Origin: Euryarchaeota archaeon UBA91
Lineage (GTDB): Archaea > Thermoplasmatota > Poseidoniia > Poseidoniales > Poseidoniaceae
DNA length: 64,000 nucleotides
Assembly: GCA_002499705.1 (NCBI GenBank)
Contig: DAMU01000077.1
Span: 4,951 to 68,950 of the forward strand
Direction of reading: 5' to 3'
Positions 1 to 9,239 of this stretch are shown one piece after another; position 1 is the first letter of the stretch; the number at the start of each line of letters is the position of its first letter. The notes under the pieces are model-generated. The model did no database searches. It worked only from the letters and a program-made list of their open reading frames with translations, and was not told the origin of the DNA. Both the position numbers and the translations under genes were made by a program.

Positions 1-1
1 C

Positions 2-3000
2 GGCACCCACGTTGCAGGTTCAGTGCTCGGCGATGGAACCAACACCGGAGGAGCGATTCGCGGTGCTGCACCTGAAGCTCGCCTTTACATGCAAGCAACA
101 GAACAATACTGCGACAACGACAACGCCTACTACCTCACTGGAATTCCATCCGATTACACATTAATGTTTGAGCCCGCCTGGGACAACGGCAGCCGCGTTC
201 ACACCAATTCGTGGGGGTCAAATGTTGCCGGAGCATACACTTCCGGCTCGATGCAAGCAGATTCCAGCGCCCGAACATACCAAAACATGACCATTCTCTT
301 CTCTGCAGGGAACAACGGAGTCGACGGTAATTCAGACGGAGAAATCGATGATGATTCACTTGGTTCGCCTGCCACTGGAAAAAACGTCATCACTGTAGCA
401 GCCGGTGAAAACGATCGCCCATCAATCACCTCAGAATGGGGTGGATGGTGGCCTTCAGAGTATCCAAGCGATCCAATCAACTCTGACCGAATGGCGAACA
501 ACTCCGAGGGATTGGCTGCCTTTTCCAGCCGAGGGCCTACCGATGATGGACGTCAAAAACCAGACATTACTGCACCAGGCAGTTTCATTCTTTCAACAAA
601 ATCAAGATCCACATCCAGCACCGGATGGGGTGCATACTCCGGCAATTCGAATTACACATTCATGGGTGGGACAAGTATGTCATGCCCGCTCACCGCTGGA
701 GCAGCAGCATTGCTCACTCAACACCTCATCGACAATGAAGGACATTCAAATCCTAACTCGTCGCTGGTCAAGGCTATCTTCACCGCTTCTGCAAGGGATA
801 TGCAAGGGCAATATGGCTCGGCAGCCAACGGTGCTGGAGAGCCTGCACCAAACATGCACGAAGGATGGGGCTTGGTTGACCTTCGCAGTGCAGTCAATGC
901 CACTTGGATTGACGGCGATTCGGTCCAAACGAATGAAGAAAGAGGTTGGAGCTTCATCGTACCGCCGTCATCCCCAGACCTCCGTGTCGCACTCTCTTGG
1001 ACTGATCCAGCCAGCACACCTTCCGCAGGTACAAATCTTGTCAACGACTTGGATTTGGCTGTTAAAGACCCATCAGGCACGTGGACGAATTTATCGAACA
1101 ACCTCGATAATCTGCGAGGACTCAGTTTTGCATCTCCTGCTCAAGGCAGTTGGGAGGTTCATGTCTTAGGAACAAACATTCCGACTGGCCCTCAACATTT
1201 CGCACTTGCACTTAACATCGACACGGATTTAGTCAATTTAACCGAAGACATGGACTTCGATGGAATCGAAGACGACTTTGATGATTGTATAAATGTGGCT
1301 GGGACCTCGAGTGTAGACCGTTCAGGATGTCCTGATACCGACGGTGATGGATATTCAGATCCTGATACGTCTTGGTCAATAGCGAACGGAGCTGATGCCT
1401 TTTTGAATGAACCTACTCAACATTCCGACCAAGATGGCGATGGATACGGTGATAACGCTGCTGGATTAAACCCAGACAGCTGTCTCGCAGTGGTCGGTTC
1501 TTCATCTGGCGACCGATTTGGATGTGCGGACTCTGATATGGACACTTTCTCTGACCCAGACGTACTATGGACTGTATCTCTTGGTGCCGATGGTTGTTCA
1601 AGCGTCTATGGCACTTCTACCAGTGACAGAAACGGTTGTCCTGACCAAGATGGAGACAGTTTCAGCGATCCGGACCCAAGTGGAACAAACGGCTCAGTAT
1701 GGCTTGTTAGTAACGGCGCAGATGCCTTTGTCAGTGACAGCACTCAATGGCTTGATTTTGACACAGATGGTTATGGAGATAATCCGCCTCCTGCATTGAA
1801 CAGCGATGCATGTCCGTTAGTATTGGGTACATCATATGTAGATCGGCTCGGTTGCGTAGATGCCGATGACGACGGATATTCGGATGCAGACTCGCTATGG
1901 CTCGCTCACCCGACTGGATTCGCTGATGCATTCCCGAACGACCCGACCCAATGGCTCGATTCCGACGGAGATGGATACGGAGATAATCAAAGTGGAAATA
2001 ATCCCGACGCCTGTGTAAACGATAATGGAATAGGCGATCGTTCGTACATCGACCGTTTGGGCTGTCCTGACAGTGATGAGGATGGATATTCTGATGCAGA
2101 TATTGGTTGGCCTGCTCACCCGATTGGAACTGCAGATGCATTCCCTATCGATGACACGCAGTGGAACGATACAGATTCAGACAATTATGGTGATAACGCT
2201 ACTGGCTCAAACCCAGACGCCTGTGTAAGTGTCGCAGGAACTTCATCATCTGACCGCAAAGGTTGCCCAGATTCCGATGGAGATTCATATTCGGACCCTG
2301 ACCCGCTTGGGAATAATGGCTCGGTTTACACTGTCGGCGATGGAGCGGACGTATGGCCAAATGAACCTACACAGTGGAGCGATGGTGATGGTGATGGATA
2401 CGGTGATAATCCAATAGGAGTATTCCCAGATAGCTGTGTTCTCGCCAATGGGAACTCATCGGCAGACAGGTATGGATGTCCAGATTCCGATGGTGATGGC
2501 TATTCAGATCCAGACCCAAGCGGAACCAATGGTCCGGTTTGGACAGTGGCTGATGGCGCAGACTTCGCAGCAAATGACCAACTAAGATGGTCCGATTTCG
2601 ATGGTGACACTCATGCTGATCAAATCGATGATGACTGTCCTCTCTATTGGGGAAATTCAACCACTGACAGAATTGGATGCCCTGACACAGACGGAGACGG
2701 AACTTCGGACCCTGATCCAAACTGGACTCCGGTCGGCAACGGATCTGACGCTTTCAAAACCGATCCAACCCAATCAACCGACTCAGATGGTGACGGATAT
2801 GGAGACAATCCCGTTGGAAACCTAGCCGACGATTGTCCGAATGTATACGGCGAATCATGGGCGAATAACACCTTTGGTTGTGTCGATACTGACAGTGATG
2901 GTTGGGCAGACCTCGAAGACGCTTTCATCAATGACTATAGCCAATGGTTCGATTCTGATGGTGATGGATTTGGTGATAATTCAGGCGGCACTACCCCTGA

Positions 3001-4708
3001 TGCCTGCCCATACAACTTTGGAAATTCGACGAAAGGTAACCAAATGGGATGCCCAGATTCAGATGGCGATGGATGGGACGATGTCCTTGACCAATTGCCA
3101 GATCTTGCTCATCAATGGCTTGACCAAGATGGCGATGGATACGGCGATAATGCTTCAGGCCCCCTACCTGATGCATGTCCCGGTGTTCCAGGAAACTCAA
3201 CCATTGATCGATACGGATGTGTCGATGATGATGGGGACGGAATGTCAAATGAAAGTGATTCTTTCCCAAACGACCCTACTCGCAGCCAAGATACCGACGG
3301 TGACGGATTTGATGATCTTGAGGATGACTGCTTCCAAGTGGCTGGAAATTCTACGATAGATAGAACAGCTTGTCCTGACACCGATGGCGACGGATATTCT
3401 GATCCTACATTACCGATTGGAGATGCACCCGGATACAACAGTTCGGACGGCGCAGATGCTTTGCCTCTTAACCCAACACAATGGGCTGACAGCGACGGTG
3501 ATGGATACGGGGATAACGCCTCTGGAACCCTACCTGATGCATGCCCTTCACAAGAAGGATACTCCAATGTTGGCGCCTACGGATGCCCTGACAGCGATAA
3601 CGATGGAACCTCTGAAAGTTATGATGCATTCCCTGATGAACCAACTCAGTGGTCCGACATTGATGGTGATGGATTTGGGGATAATCCAAATGGAACGCAA
3701 CCGGATAACTGTAGTTTAAACATCGGAACATCGTTCATTGATGTTTTTGGATGTCCCGATGCTGATGGCGATGGAGCAAGCGACATCAATGATTTATGGG
3801 TCAATGATTCAACTCAATGGTTTGATTCAGATGGTGATGGATATGGCGATAATGCAGATGGGGTCGATGGTGATGTTTGTCCAAATGAGTTCGGAACTGC
3901 AGATTTAGGCATTGCACAAGGATGTGTGGATAGCGATGCAGATGGCTATGCTGACTCCGATGATGCATTCCCGAATGAGCCAACCCAATGGGTGGATGTT
4001 GACGGTGATGGATACGGTGATAACAATACGCCAGGCGCTTCACGACCTGATCATTGGGTTGATGACCCAATGCGAAATGTGGCAGAATCCAGTATTTCCT
4101 GCACGCCAGAAAACATGGAACTCGACCTCGCTGGAGAAGATTACTTCTCCTTCAGCTGCAGAGTTGACAGTGAATTGTCTGGGGTCACCCTCCGAGTCGA
4201 ATGGCAGCCAGTTTCTTCGATTATTGCTGCAACATCAGTCCATGTTTTGACCTTCCCTGATGGAGAAGGATTGACGCAAAATGTAAGGTTTGATGGAGAA
4301 GGCAGAAGCAATGGAAACTTCCAGATGTATGTCACCGTAAGGGAACCCGGTGTTGAATTTGCAATGTCTTCGGACACAGTCAATCTTGTCGTGTTTGATT
4401 CTCGAATCGTTGATGAAAATGATTTGATTTCCGACCAATCCAGCACGCTGAACAACATGTTAGAGATGCCGATAATTCAAGCCATGATTGGAGGATTAGT
4501 ACTCTTTTTCTTGATGGGAATGCTGATTATTCGTGGGAATGCTTCGAAAGCTCGACTTGCAGATGAGCGTACTGAACACGCTCGTGAAATTATTGCCGCT
4601 CGTTTAGCGCGATTAAATAATCCACAACCACCTCAGTTACGCCAAGCATTTGGCGTAGATGGAAGAGTGCCTCCACCTCCTCCTCCACCTCGCCCACCTG
4701 TGCCGTGA
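2..4708 (+). CDS. Subtilisin-like (peptidase S8) secreted serine protease, 5'-truncated by the window edge, with a long thrombospondin-type-3-like Ca-binding repeat region, a C-terminal TM helix and a Pro-rich tail
   Basis: The frame is open back to nt 2, and the first codons read GTHVAGS (S8 His motif). FSAGNNG (Asn) and GGTSMSCPLTAGAAALL (Ser) motifs follow. About 30 DxDxDGxxDxxD units occur. A hydrophobic IIQAMIGGLVLFFLMGMLII segment lies near the end, and the tail ends PPPPPPPRPPVP. The Asp-motif region lies upstream of the window. Confidence 0.9.
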   Translation, partial: GTHVAGSVLGDGTNTGGAIRGAAPEARLYMQATEQYCDNDNAYYLTGIPSDYTLMFEPAWDNGSRVHTNSWGSNVAGAYTSGSMQADSSARTYQNMTILFSAGNNGVDGNSDGEIDDDSLGSPATGKNVITVAAGENDRPSITSEWGGWWPSEYPSDPINSDRMANNSEGLAAFSSRGPTDDGRQKPDITAPGSFILSTKSRSTSSTGWGAYSGNSNYTFMGGTSMSCPLTAGAAALLTQHLIDNEGHSNPNSSLVKAIFTASARDMQGQYGSAANGAGEPAPNMHEGWGLVDLRSAVNATWIDGDSVQTNEERGWSFIVPPSSPDLRVALSWTDPASTPSAGTNLVNDLDLAVKDPSGTWTNLSNNLDNLRGLSFASPAQGSWEVHVLGTNIPTGPQHFALALNIDTDLVNLTEDMDFDGIEDDFDDCINVAGTSSVDRSGCPDTDGDGYSDPDTSWSIANGADAFLNEPTQHSDQDGDGYGDNAAGLNPDSCLAVVGSSSGDRFGCADSDMDTFSDPDVLWTVSLGADGCSSVYGTSTSDRNGCPDQDGDSFSDPDPSGTNGSVWLVSNGADAFVSDSTQWLDFDTDGYGDNPPPALNSDACPLVLGTSYVDRLGCVDADDDGYSDADSLWLAHPTGFADAFPNDPTQWLDSDGDGYGDNQSGNNPDACVNDNGIGDRSYIDRLGCPDSDEDGYSDADIGWPAHPIGTADAFPIDDTQWNDTDSDNYGDNATGSNPDACVSVAGTSSSDRKGCPDSDGDSYSDPDPLGNNGSVYTVGDGADVWPNEPTQWSDGDGDGYGDNPIGVFPDSCVLANGNSSADRYGCPDSDGDGYSDPDPSGTNGPVWTVADGADFAANDQLRWSDFDGDTHADQIDDDCPLYWGNSTTDRIGCPDTDGDGTSDPDPNWTPVGNGSDAFKTDPTQSTDSDGDGYGDNPVGNLADDCPNVYGESWANNTFGCVDTDSDGWADLEDAFINDYSQWFDSDGDGFGDNSGGTTPDACPYNFGNSTKGNQMGCPDSDGDGWDDVLDQLPDLAHQWLDQDGDGYGDNASGPLPDACPGVPGNSTIDRYGCVDDDGDGMSNESDSFPNDPTRSQDTDGDGFDDLEDDCFQVAGNSTIDRTACPDTDGDGYSDPTLPIGDAPGYNSSDGADALPLNPTQWADSDGDGYGDNASGTLPDACPSQEGYSNVGAYGCPDSDNDGTSESYDAFPDEPTQWSDIDGDGFGDNPNGTQPDNCSLNIGTSFIDVFGCPDADGDGASDINDLWVNDSTQWFDSDGDGYGDNADGVDGDVCPNEFGTADLGIAQGCVDSDADGYADSDDAFPNEPTQWVDVDGDGYGDNNTPGASRPDHWVDDPMRNVAESSISCTPENMELDLAGEDYFSFSCRVDSELSGVTLRVEWQPVSSIIAATSVHVLTFPDGEGLTQNVRFDGEGRSNGNFQMYVTVREPGVEFAMSSDTVNLVVFDSRIVDENDLISDQSSTLNNMLEMPIIQAMIGGLVLFFLMGMLIIRGNASKARLADERTEHAREIIAARLARLNNPQPPQLRQAFGVDGRVPPPPPPPRPPVP
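1250..4030 (+). repeat. Coding tandem-repeat region: alternating GC(P/V)D(S/T)DGDGYSDPD and PTQWxDSDGDGYGDN units (TSP3-like)
   Basis: By eye I count about 30 acidic DxDxDG loops with a roughly 30-35 aa alternating periodicity. The DNA shows recurring gatggcgatggatacggtgataa-type strings. This low-complexity composition also produces many spurious antisense and alternate-frame ORFs in the track. Confidence 0.85.
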
Positions 4709-4772
4709 ATTGGTAATTGAAAGACCGATTCACTCAAAGAGGAGAGGTTGCTCGGACAAATATTCACATCAT

Positions 4773-4843
4773 GCGGATATGGTGTAGTGGTAACATAGGA
4801 GGTTTCCAACCTCTTGTCGTGGGTTCGACTCCCGCTATCCGCA
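4773..4843 (+). tRNA. tRNA-Gly (anticodon UCC)
   Basis: Hand-folded cloverleaf. Acceptor GCGGATA/TATCCGC (7 bp), anticodon stem GGAGG/CCTCT with loop TT-TCC-AA, T arm GTGGG-TTCGACT-CCCGC, discriminator A. 71 nt. CCA is not fully encoded (CC follows). Confidence 0.9.
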
Positions 4844-4859
4844 CCTTGATGCATGTGCT

Positions 4860-6893
4860 TTGCTCGACTTATGCGGTGAACAAAACCCTCATGGCTATTC
4901 CATCATTGGAAAGCATGTGTGGACTGAAGAACACCGCCAGTGGGATACTGTTGATTACAGTTCACTGAAAGACGGGAGTGCATTTCCCAAAGAGTTCATG
5001 TGGGGCGTAGCTACTGCTTCACACCAAATTGAGGGAGGGAATACAAACAATTGGTCTGCCTTTGAGCCTCGTTCTAAAAGTCAGCAATTAAGCGGTGATG
5101 CTTGCGACCATTGGAATCGGAGAGAAGAAGATGTTACACTCATCAAAGAACTCGGAGTGTCACATTACAGATTTTCAATAGAATGGTCAAGAATCGAACC
5201 TCAGGAAGGGCATTACGATTCTAAAGCGATCCAGTGGTATTCCGATTTGGTCGATGAATTGTTGATTCAAGGCATCCAACCAATGGCGACTTTACACCAC
5301 TTCACTCAACCCCTGTGGTGGGATGAACGTGGAGGTTTTGAAAAGGAAGAAAACATCACCGGATGGGTCAACTTTTGTTCTATGATGTTTGAACACCTTA
5401 GTGACCGTGTAGAATGGTGGTGCACAATCAATGAACCAGCGGTCTATGCGACGATGGGGTATGTCTTGGGAGAGTTCCCACCCGGTGTTCGCTCGTTCAA
5501 ACGAGTTCGAAAGGTGTCACTCAACTTAATGCGTGCTCACGCACGCTGCTACCGTACACTCAAAGCAATGAAAAATGGAGATAAATGTCAAATTGGATTG
5601 GTAAAAAACATCAATATTTTCGATCCTTATCGCCGTTGGAATCCCCTTCATTGGATGCAGGCGAAAATTCTTGATGGTATGTTCAATCAATGCTGGTTAA
5701 AAGCGCTGAGAACAGGAAAATTCAAACCACCGTCCGCCCTCTTTTCAAAGCGAATTGAAGGACTCCGAGGCAGCAGTGATTTCATTGGTGTGAATTATTA
5801 TACCCATTTGTTGACCACGCCATTCATGCCAACAAAAGTGGAGATTGACCCACTTATTCGACCGTGGGAGCAGAGAACGGATTTCCGATACCCGATGTAT
5901 GCAGAAGGACTCCGAAGGGCTTTTGACATGGTCACCAATCTCAAAATCCCTATTCTGGTTACTGAAAATGGAGTTGCAGATGATGACGATGATATGCGCC
6001 CTGAACATATTCGCAGACATCTTCTCATTACGTCTGAAGCCATTGCAGACGGAATAGATGTGCGAGGATTTTACCACTGGAGTTTAATGGATAATTTTGA
6101 ATGGGCAGAAGGCTATGACCAAAGATTTGGGTTATATCATGTGGAATTTGAGACACAAAAGAGAACCCTCAAAGAAAGCGGCCACGAATATGCTGCGATT
6201 GTGAAAGCGCATACAACCCCTCAACTTGTGATTATGGCAGGAGGATTAGGCACCCGTTTAGGAGAAATGTCTGAAAAAACGCCCAAATCATTGATTGAAG
6301 TGAACGGGAAACCGATGCTTCACCACATTCTTGATTGGGCAAAGACACAAGGATGCATGAACGCTCTAGTGCTCACAGGCCACCTTGGTGAACAGTTTGA
6401 AGGAATTACACACCCTGGAATGGCACTGACTTTCCATCAAGAAAAGGAGCCACTTGGAACCGGAGGTGCACTGTGGAATGCAAAGGAATTACTTGAGCAA
6501 CGGTTTCTTCTTGTGTGGGGTGATGACTGGCATCCGATTGAGTACAAACCGTTGATTGAACTTCATCACTCTGCAGACGCACCCCTCACAATGACCGTTA
6601 CTCAGGCACATGATTCCAAGAACCTTAGGCATGAGAATGGACGACTAATGCTGTATGACAAACACTCAGAATCATCTGAGACACTGAATGGATATGAGGC
6701 AGGAACAAGTATTGTTGAGAAATCGACCGTCCTCAAATACGGACACAGTGGCAAATGGAGCTGGGAAGAAACGGTGTACAGTGCACTCTCTGGCGAAGCT
6801 GCAGTGCATTTGGATGACACGGCTTTTTGGGACATGGGCACGCCTGAACGACTTGCCTTATTCGAGAAATTCCTCAAGGATACTTCCGTGTGA
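4860..6893 (+). CDS. Fusion protein: GH1 beta-glucosidase/beta-galactosidase-like domain plus C-terminal sugar-1-phosphate nucleotidyltransferase domain
   Basis: N-terminal part: FMWGVATASHQIEGG, TINEP (acid/base) and VTENG (nucleophile), MDNFEW. From about nt 6225: IMAGGLGTRLGE...KSL and EPLGTGGA nucleotidyltransferase motifs. No stop codon lies between the domains. The start (TTG at 4860) is uncertain. Confidence 0.8.
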   Translation: MLDLCGEQNPHGYSIIGKHVWTEEHRQWDTVDYSSLKDGSAFPKEFMWGVATASHQIEGGNTNNWSAFEPRSKSQQLSGDACDHWNRREEDVTLIKELGVSHYRFSIEWSRIEPQEGHYDSKAIQWYSDLVDELLIQGIQPMATLHHFTQPLWWDERGGFEKEENITGWVNFCSMMFEHLSDRVEWWCTINEPAVYATMGYVLGEFPPGVRSFKRVRKVSLNLMRAHARCYRTLKAMKNGDKCQIGLVKNINIFDPYRRWNPLHWMQAKILDGMFNQCWLKALRTGKFKPPSALFSKRIEGLRGSSDFIGVNYYTHLLTTPFMPTKVEIDPLIRPWEQRTDFRYPMYAEGLRRAFDMVTNLKIPILVTENGVADDDDDMRPEHIRRHLLITSEAIADGIDVRGFYHWSLMDNFEWAEGYDQRFGLYHVEFETQKRTLKESGHEYAAIVKAHTTPQLVIMAGGLGTRLGEMSEKTPKSLIEVNGKPMLHHILDWAKTQGCMNALVLTGHLGEQFEGITHPGMALTFHQEKEPLGTGGALWNAKELLEQRFLLVWGDDWHPIEYKPLIELHHSADAPLTMTVTQAHDSKNLRHENGRLMLYDKHSESSETLNGYEAGTSIVEKSTVLKYGHSGKWSWEETVYSALSGEAAVHLDDTAFWDMGTPERLALFEKFLKDTSV

Positions 6894-7688
6894 AGCACGA
6901 TATACTGGGTAATTTGGTAGCACTTGAGCGTGTTCAACCAAGACCAGAATCATGCCGCCATAACCGCCGCCCATCATGCGCGCACCGTAGACACCGTCGG
7001 TTTGCTGTAACTTCTTCACCTGCTCATCGACATCAGGGTGACTGACGCCCAAAGATTTCAATGAAGCGTGTGAGGCATTGAGAAGGACTCCAAGGTCAGG
7101 AGCCGAGGCGCCTAAAGATGAACGTACACGCTTATTTTCGGAGTTAATGTGTGCAAGGCGGACCTTTTGATCAGCAGAACCTTGGTATGTTTGACTGAGT
7201 TGACGGTGAACTCCGGAATCAACCAATTTGAACATCCATGAAGAAGGAAGTTCAATTGATTCTGTGGAATGATTTGAAAAATCAATCATGGTAGCAAATC
7301 CTTCTTTTGCGTACATCATAGCCATCTGGTCCAGGAGTCCACAAGGTGTTTTCAATACTTCATGCTCGATTCGCTGGGCTTCTTTACACGCCTCTTGAGC
7401 ATCCATGGCACCGTTTACACCCAAGACAACTGCAAGGCATAAAGCAGCAGATGAAGACATTCCAACTCCGATTGGAATTTTACTTTCGACCGACAAGCGT
7501 GCCGGCCATCCACCTGCAGAACGCCACAATTCCACAACGGTAGAATCTCCTTCGTAGCCATCTTCCAGTGCATAAGCATCCAATGTCAACCGTAAATTGA
7601 CGGCAAAAGGAAGGGCGAGCCCTCCCGCATAATCTGTATGCTCACCGAGAATGTTGATTCGTGCAGGAAGTGATGCACGGCGATGCAT
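6858..7688 (-). CDS. GHMP-family sugar kinase, galactokinase-like (short form)
   Basis: INILGEHTDYAGG (galactokinase-type signature) and PIGVGMSSSAALCLAV (GHMP ATP motif). At 276 aa it is shorter than classical GalK. Its 3' end overlaps the convergent fusion gene by 36 nt. Confidence 0.75.
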   Translation of the reverse strand: MHRRASLPARINILGEHTDYAGGLALPFAVNLRLTLDAYALEDGYEGDSTVVELWRSAGGWPARLSVESKIPIGVGMSSSAALCLAVVLGVNGAMDAQEACKEAQRIEHEVLKTPCGLLDQMAMMYAKEGFATMIDFSNHSTESIELPSSWMFKLVDSGVHRQLSQTYQGSADQKVRLAHINSENKRVRSSLGASAPDLGVLLNASHASLKSLGVSHPDVDEQVKKLQQTDGVYGARMMGGGYGGMILVLVEHAQVLPNYPVYRASHGSILEEFLE

Positions 7689-7710
7689 AGTTTCGCCTCA
7701 GTGCTACGCT

Positions 7711-9204
7711 TCAACCATTGGTAATGAGGTGATACATAGTACGGACGTGAATTCCAGTGGCACCGTTTCCAACCATTGAGTTGGTCTTTGCGCCCCAGTA
7801 GGTTCCGGCTATGTCCATGTGAGCCCAGGTGATTTGTTCACCGTCTTTCTCATAATTTCGATTTGGAACAAATTGCTTCAAGAATGCGGCTGCAGTGTTT
7901 GCTCCGCCGTATCGTCCAGCGCCAAGGTTTCGTGTGTCTGCAATTTTCGAATTGGTCATTTCCTTCTCGAAAGCAGGAAGGAGCGGCATTGGCCAAGCCA
8001 ATTCACCCACAGCGTTTCCTGCTTCGTGAATTCGTGTTCGGAAATCATCATCATTGGACCAAAGTCCAGTTGCTTCGTGGCCAAGAGCCACAACACAAGC
8101 CCCAGTTAGGGTTGCAAAATCGATGATGTATTCTGGATCAAACTCTCCAGCTTTCCACAATCCGTCAGAGAGGACCAATCGTCCTTCAGCATCGGTGTTC
8201 AAGATTTCAATGGTCTTTCCAGACAATGTTGTGATGACGTCGCCAGGTCGTTGCGCATTGGATGATGGCATGTTTTCAGCCATGCAGGTTATCGCTACAA
8301 CTTTGCCTTTATGTCCAGTAGATGCGAGAGCTTGCATTGTTCCAAAAACAGTTGCTGAGCCACCCATATCATACTTCATTTCATCCATGTTTGCACCAGG
8401 CTTGAGCGAGATTCCACCAGTGTCAAAGGTAATTCCTTTTCCAACAAGCATTGGACATCGACCGGATTCCTCACTGTTCATTTCAAAGATGACCATGCAT
8501 GGTTTTCGAGCAGAACCCATTCCAACTGCAACCAATCCACCCATACCAGCCTTCTTGGCTTGGTCATAATTGATGATGGTTACATTGACGTTATCGTATT
8601 GTTTTGCCCATTCCCATGCTTGGTCTGCAAATGCTTCAGGATACATATCGTTTGGAGGGCAATTGCCGAGGTCACGCGAAAGGTGAACTCCAGAGGCAAC
8701 GCCAGCGTGGATTTTGGTAAGTGCTGCGAGGGCATCTTCTTGACCCTCATCACAGGTAATTCGAACATCGAGTTCAGCCTCTTCGTCTTCATCATCTTGC
8801 ATTTTATAATTGTCGTAAGAATAATCTCGCAAGAGCATTCCTTCTGCAAATGCACCCATAGCCTCAACAGATGTTGCGCTGAATCGAACAGTCAAATCTG
8901 TGCCATGAGCTTTCTTTCGGTTTGCAATTACTGCTGCACCGGCTTTGCGGTAAGCATGAACGTCTACGTCGTCTTCTTTACCAAGACCGACAAGCATCGC
9001 TTTGCCACCTTCACTGCCGATGATTGACATTGTCGTCTTGTTTTTGGCTTTGAAGTCGCCTTCGGAAAGAATTCGGTTGATTTGGCCCTTTAATGCTGTG
9101 TGGAGGCCTTCTTGGAGAGATTCTGGAACTCCTTCTGAGCCTTCAAAAAGGGGCAAAATGAGGGTTCCGTTGATGTTGTGGCCGGGGCTTACGCTTACTT
9201 TCAT
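7711..9204 (-). CDS. pepA: Leucyl aminopeptidase (peptidase M17)
   Basis: NTDAEGRLVLSD signature, VGKGITFDTGG, and the M17 domain order. I chose the start at MKVSVSP (9204) because GGTGA lies 5 nt upstream. The track ORF extends to 9243. Confidence 0.9.
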   Translation of the reverse strand: MKVSVSPGHNINGTLILPLFEGSEGVPESLQEGLHTALKGQINRILSEGDFKAKNKTTMSIIGSEGGKAMLVGLGKEDDVDVHAYRKAGAAVIANRKKAHGTDLTVRFSATSVEAMGAFAEGMLLRDYSYDNYKMQDDEDEEAELDVRITCDEGQEDALAALTKIHAGVASGVHLSRDLGNCPPNDMYPEAFADQAWEWAKQYDNVNVTIINYDQAKKAGMGGLVAVGMGSARKPCMVIFEMNSEESGRCPMLVGKGITFDTGGISLKPGANMDEMKYDMGGSATVFGTMQALASTGHKGKVVAITCMAENMPSSNAQRPGDVITTLSGKTIEILNTDAEGRLVLSDGLWKAGEFDPEYIIDFATLTGACVVALGHEATGLWSNDDDFRTRIHEAGNAVGELAWPMPLLPAFEKEMTNSKIADTRNLGAGRYGGANTAAAFLKQFVPNRNYEKDGEQITWAHMDIAGTYWGAKTNSMVGNGATGIHVRTMYHLITNG

Positions 9205-9239
9205 GAGTTCACCTATACTTGCGTAGGCTGTTCGGCATT

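Noticed and set aside
135-4458. Numerous antisense and alternate-frame ORFs (60-172 aa) inside the S8/TSP3 gene
   Set aside because: They are His/Arg/Ser-rich low-complexity translations created by the GAY-GGN repeat composition, which suppresses stop codons. All are nested within a motif-supported 1561-codon ORF.
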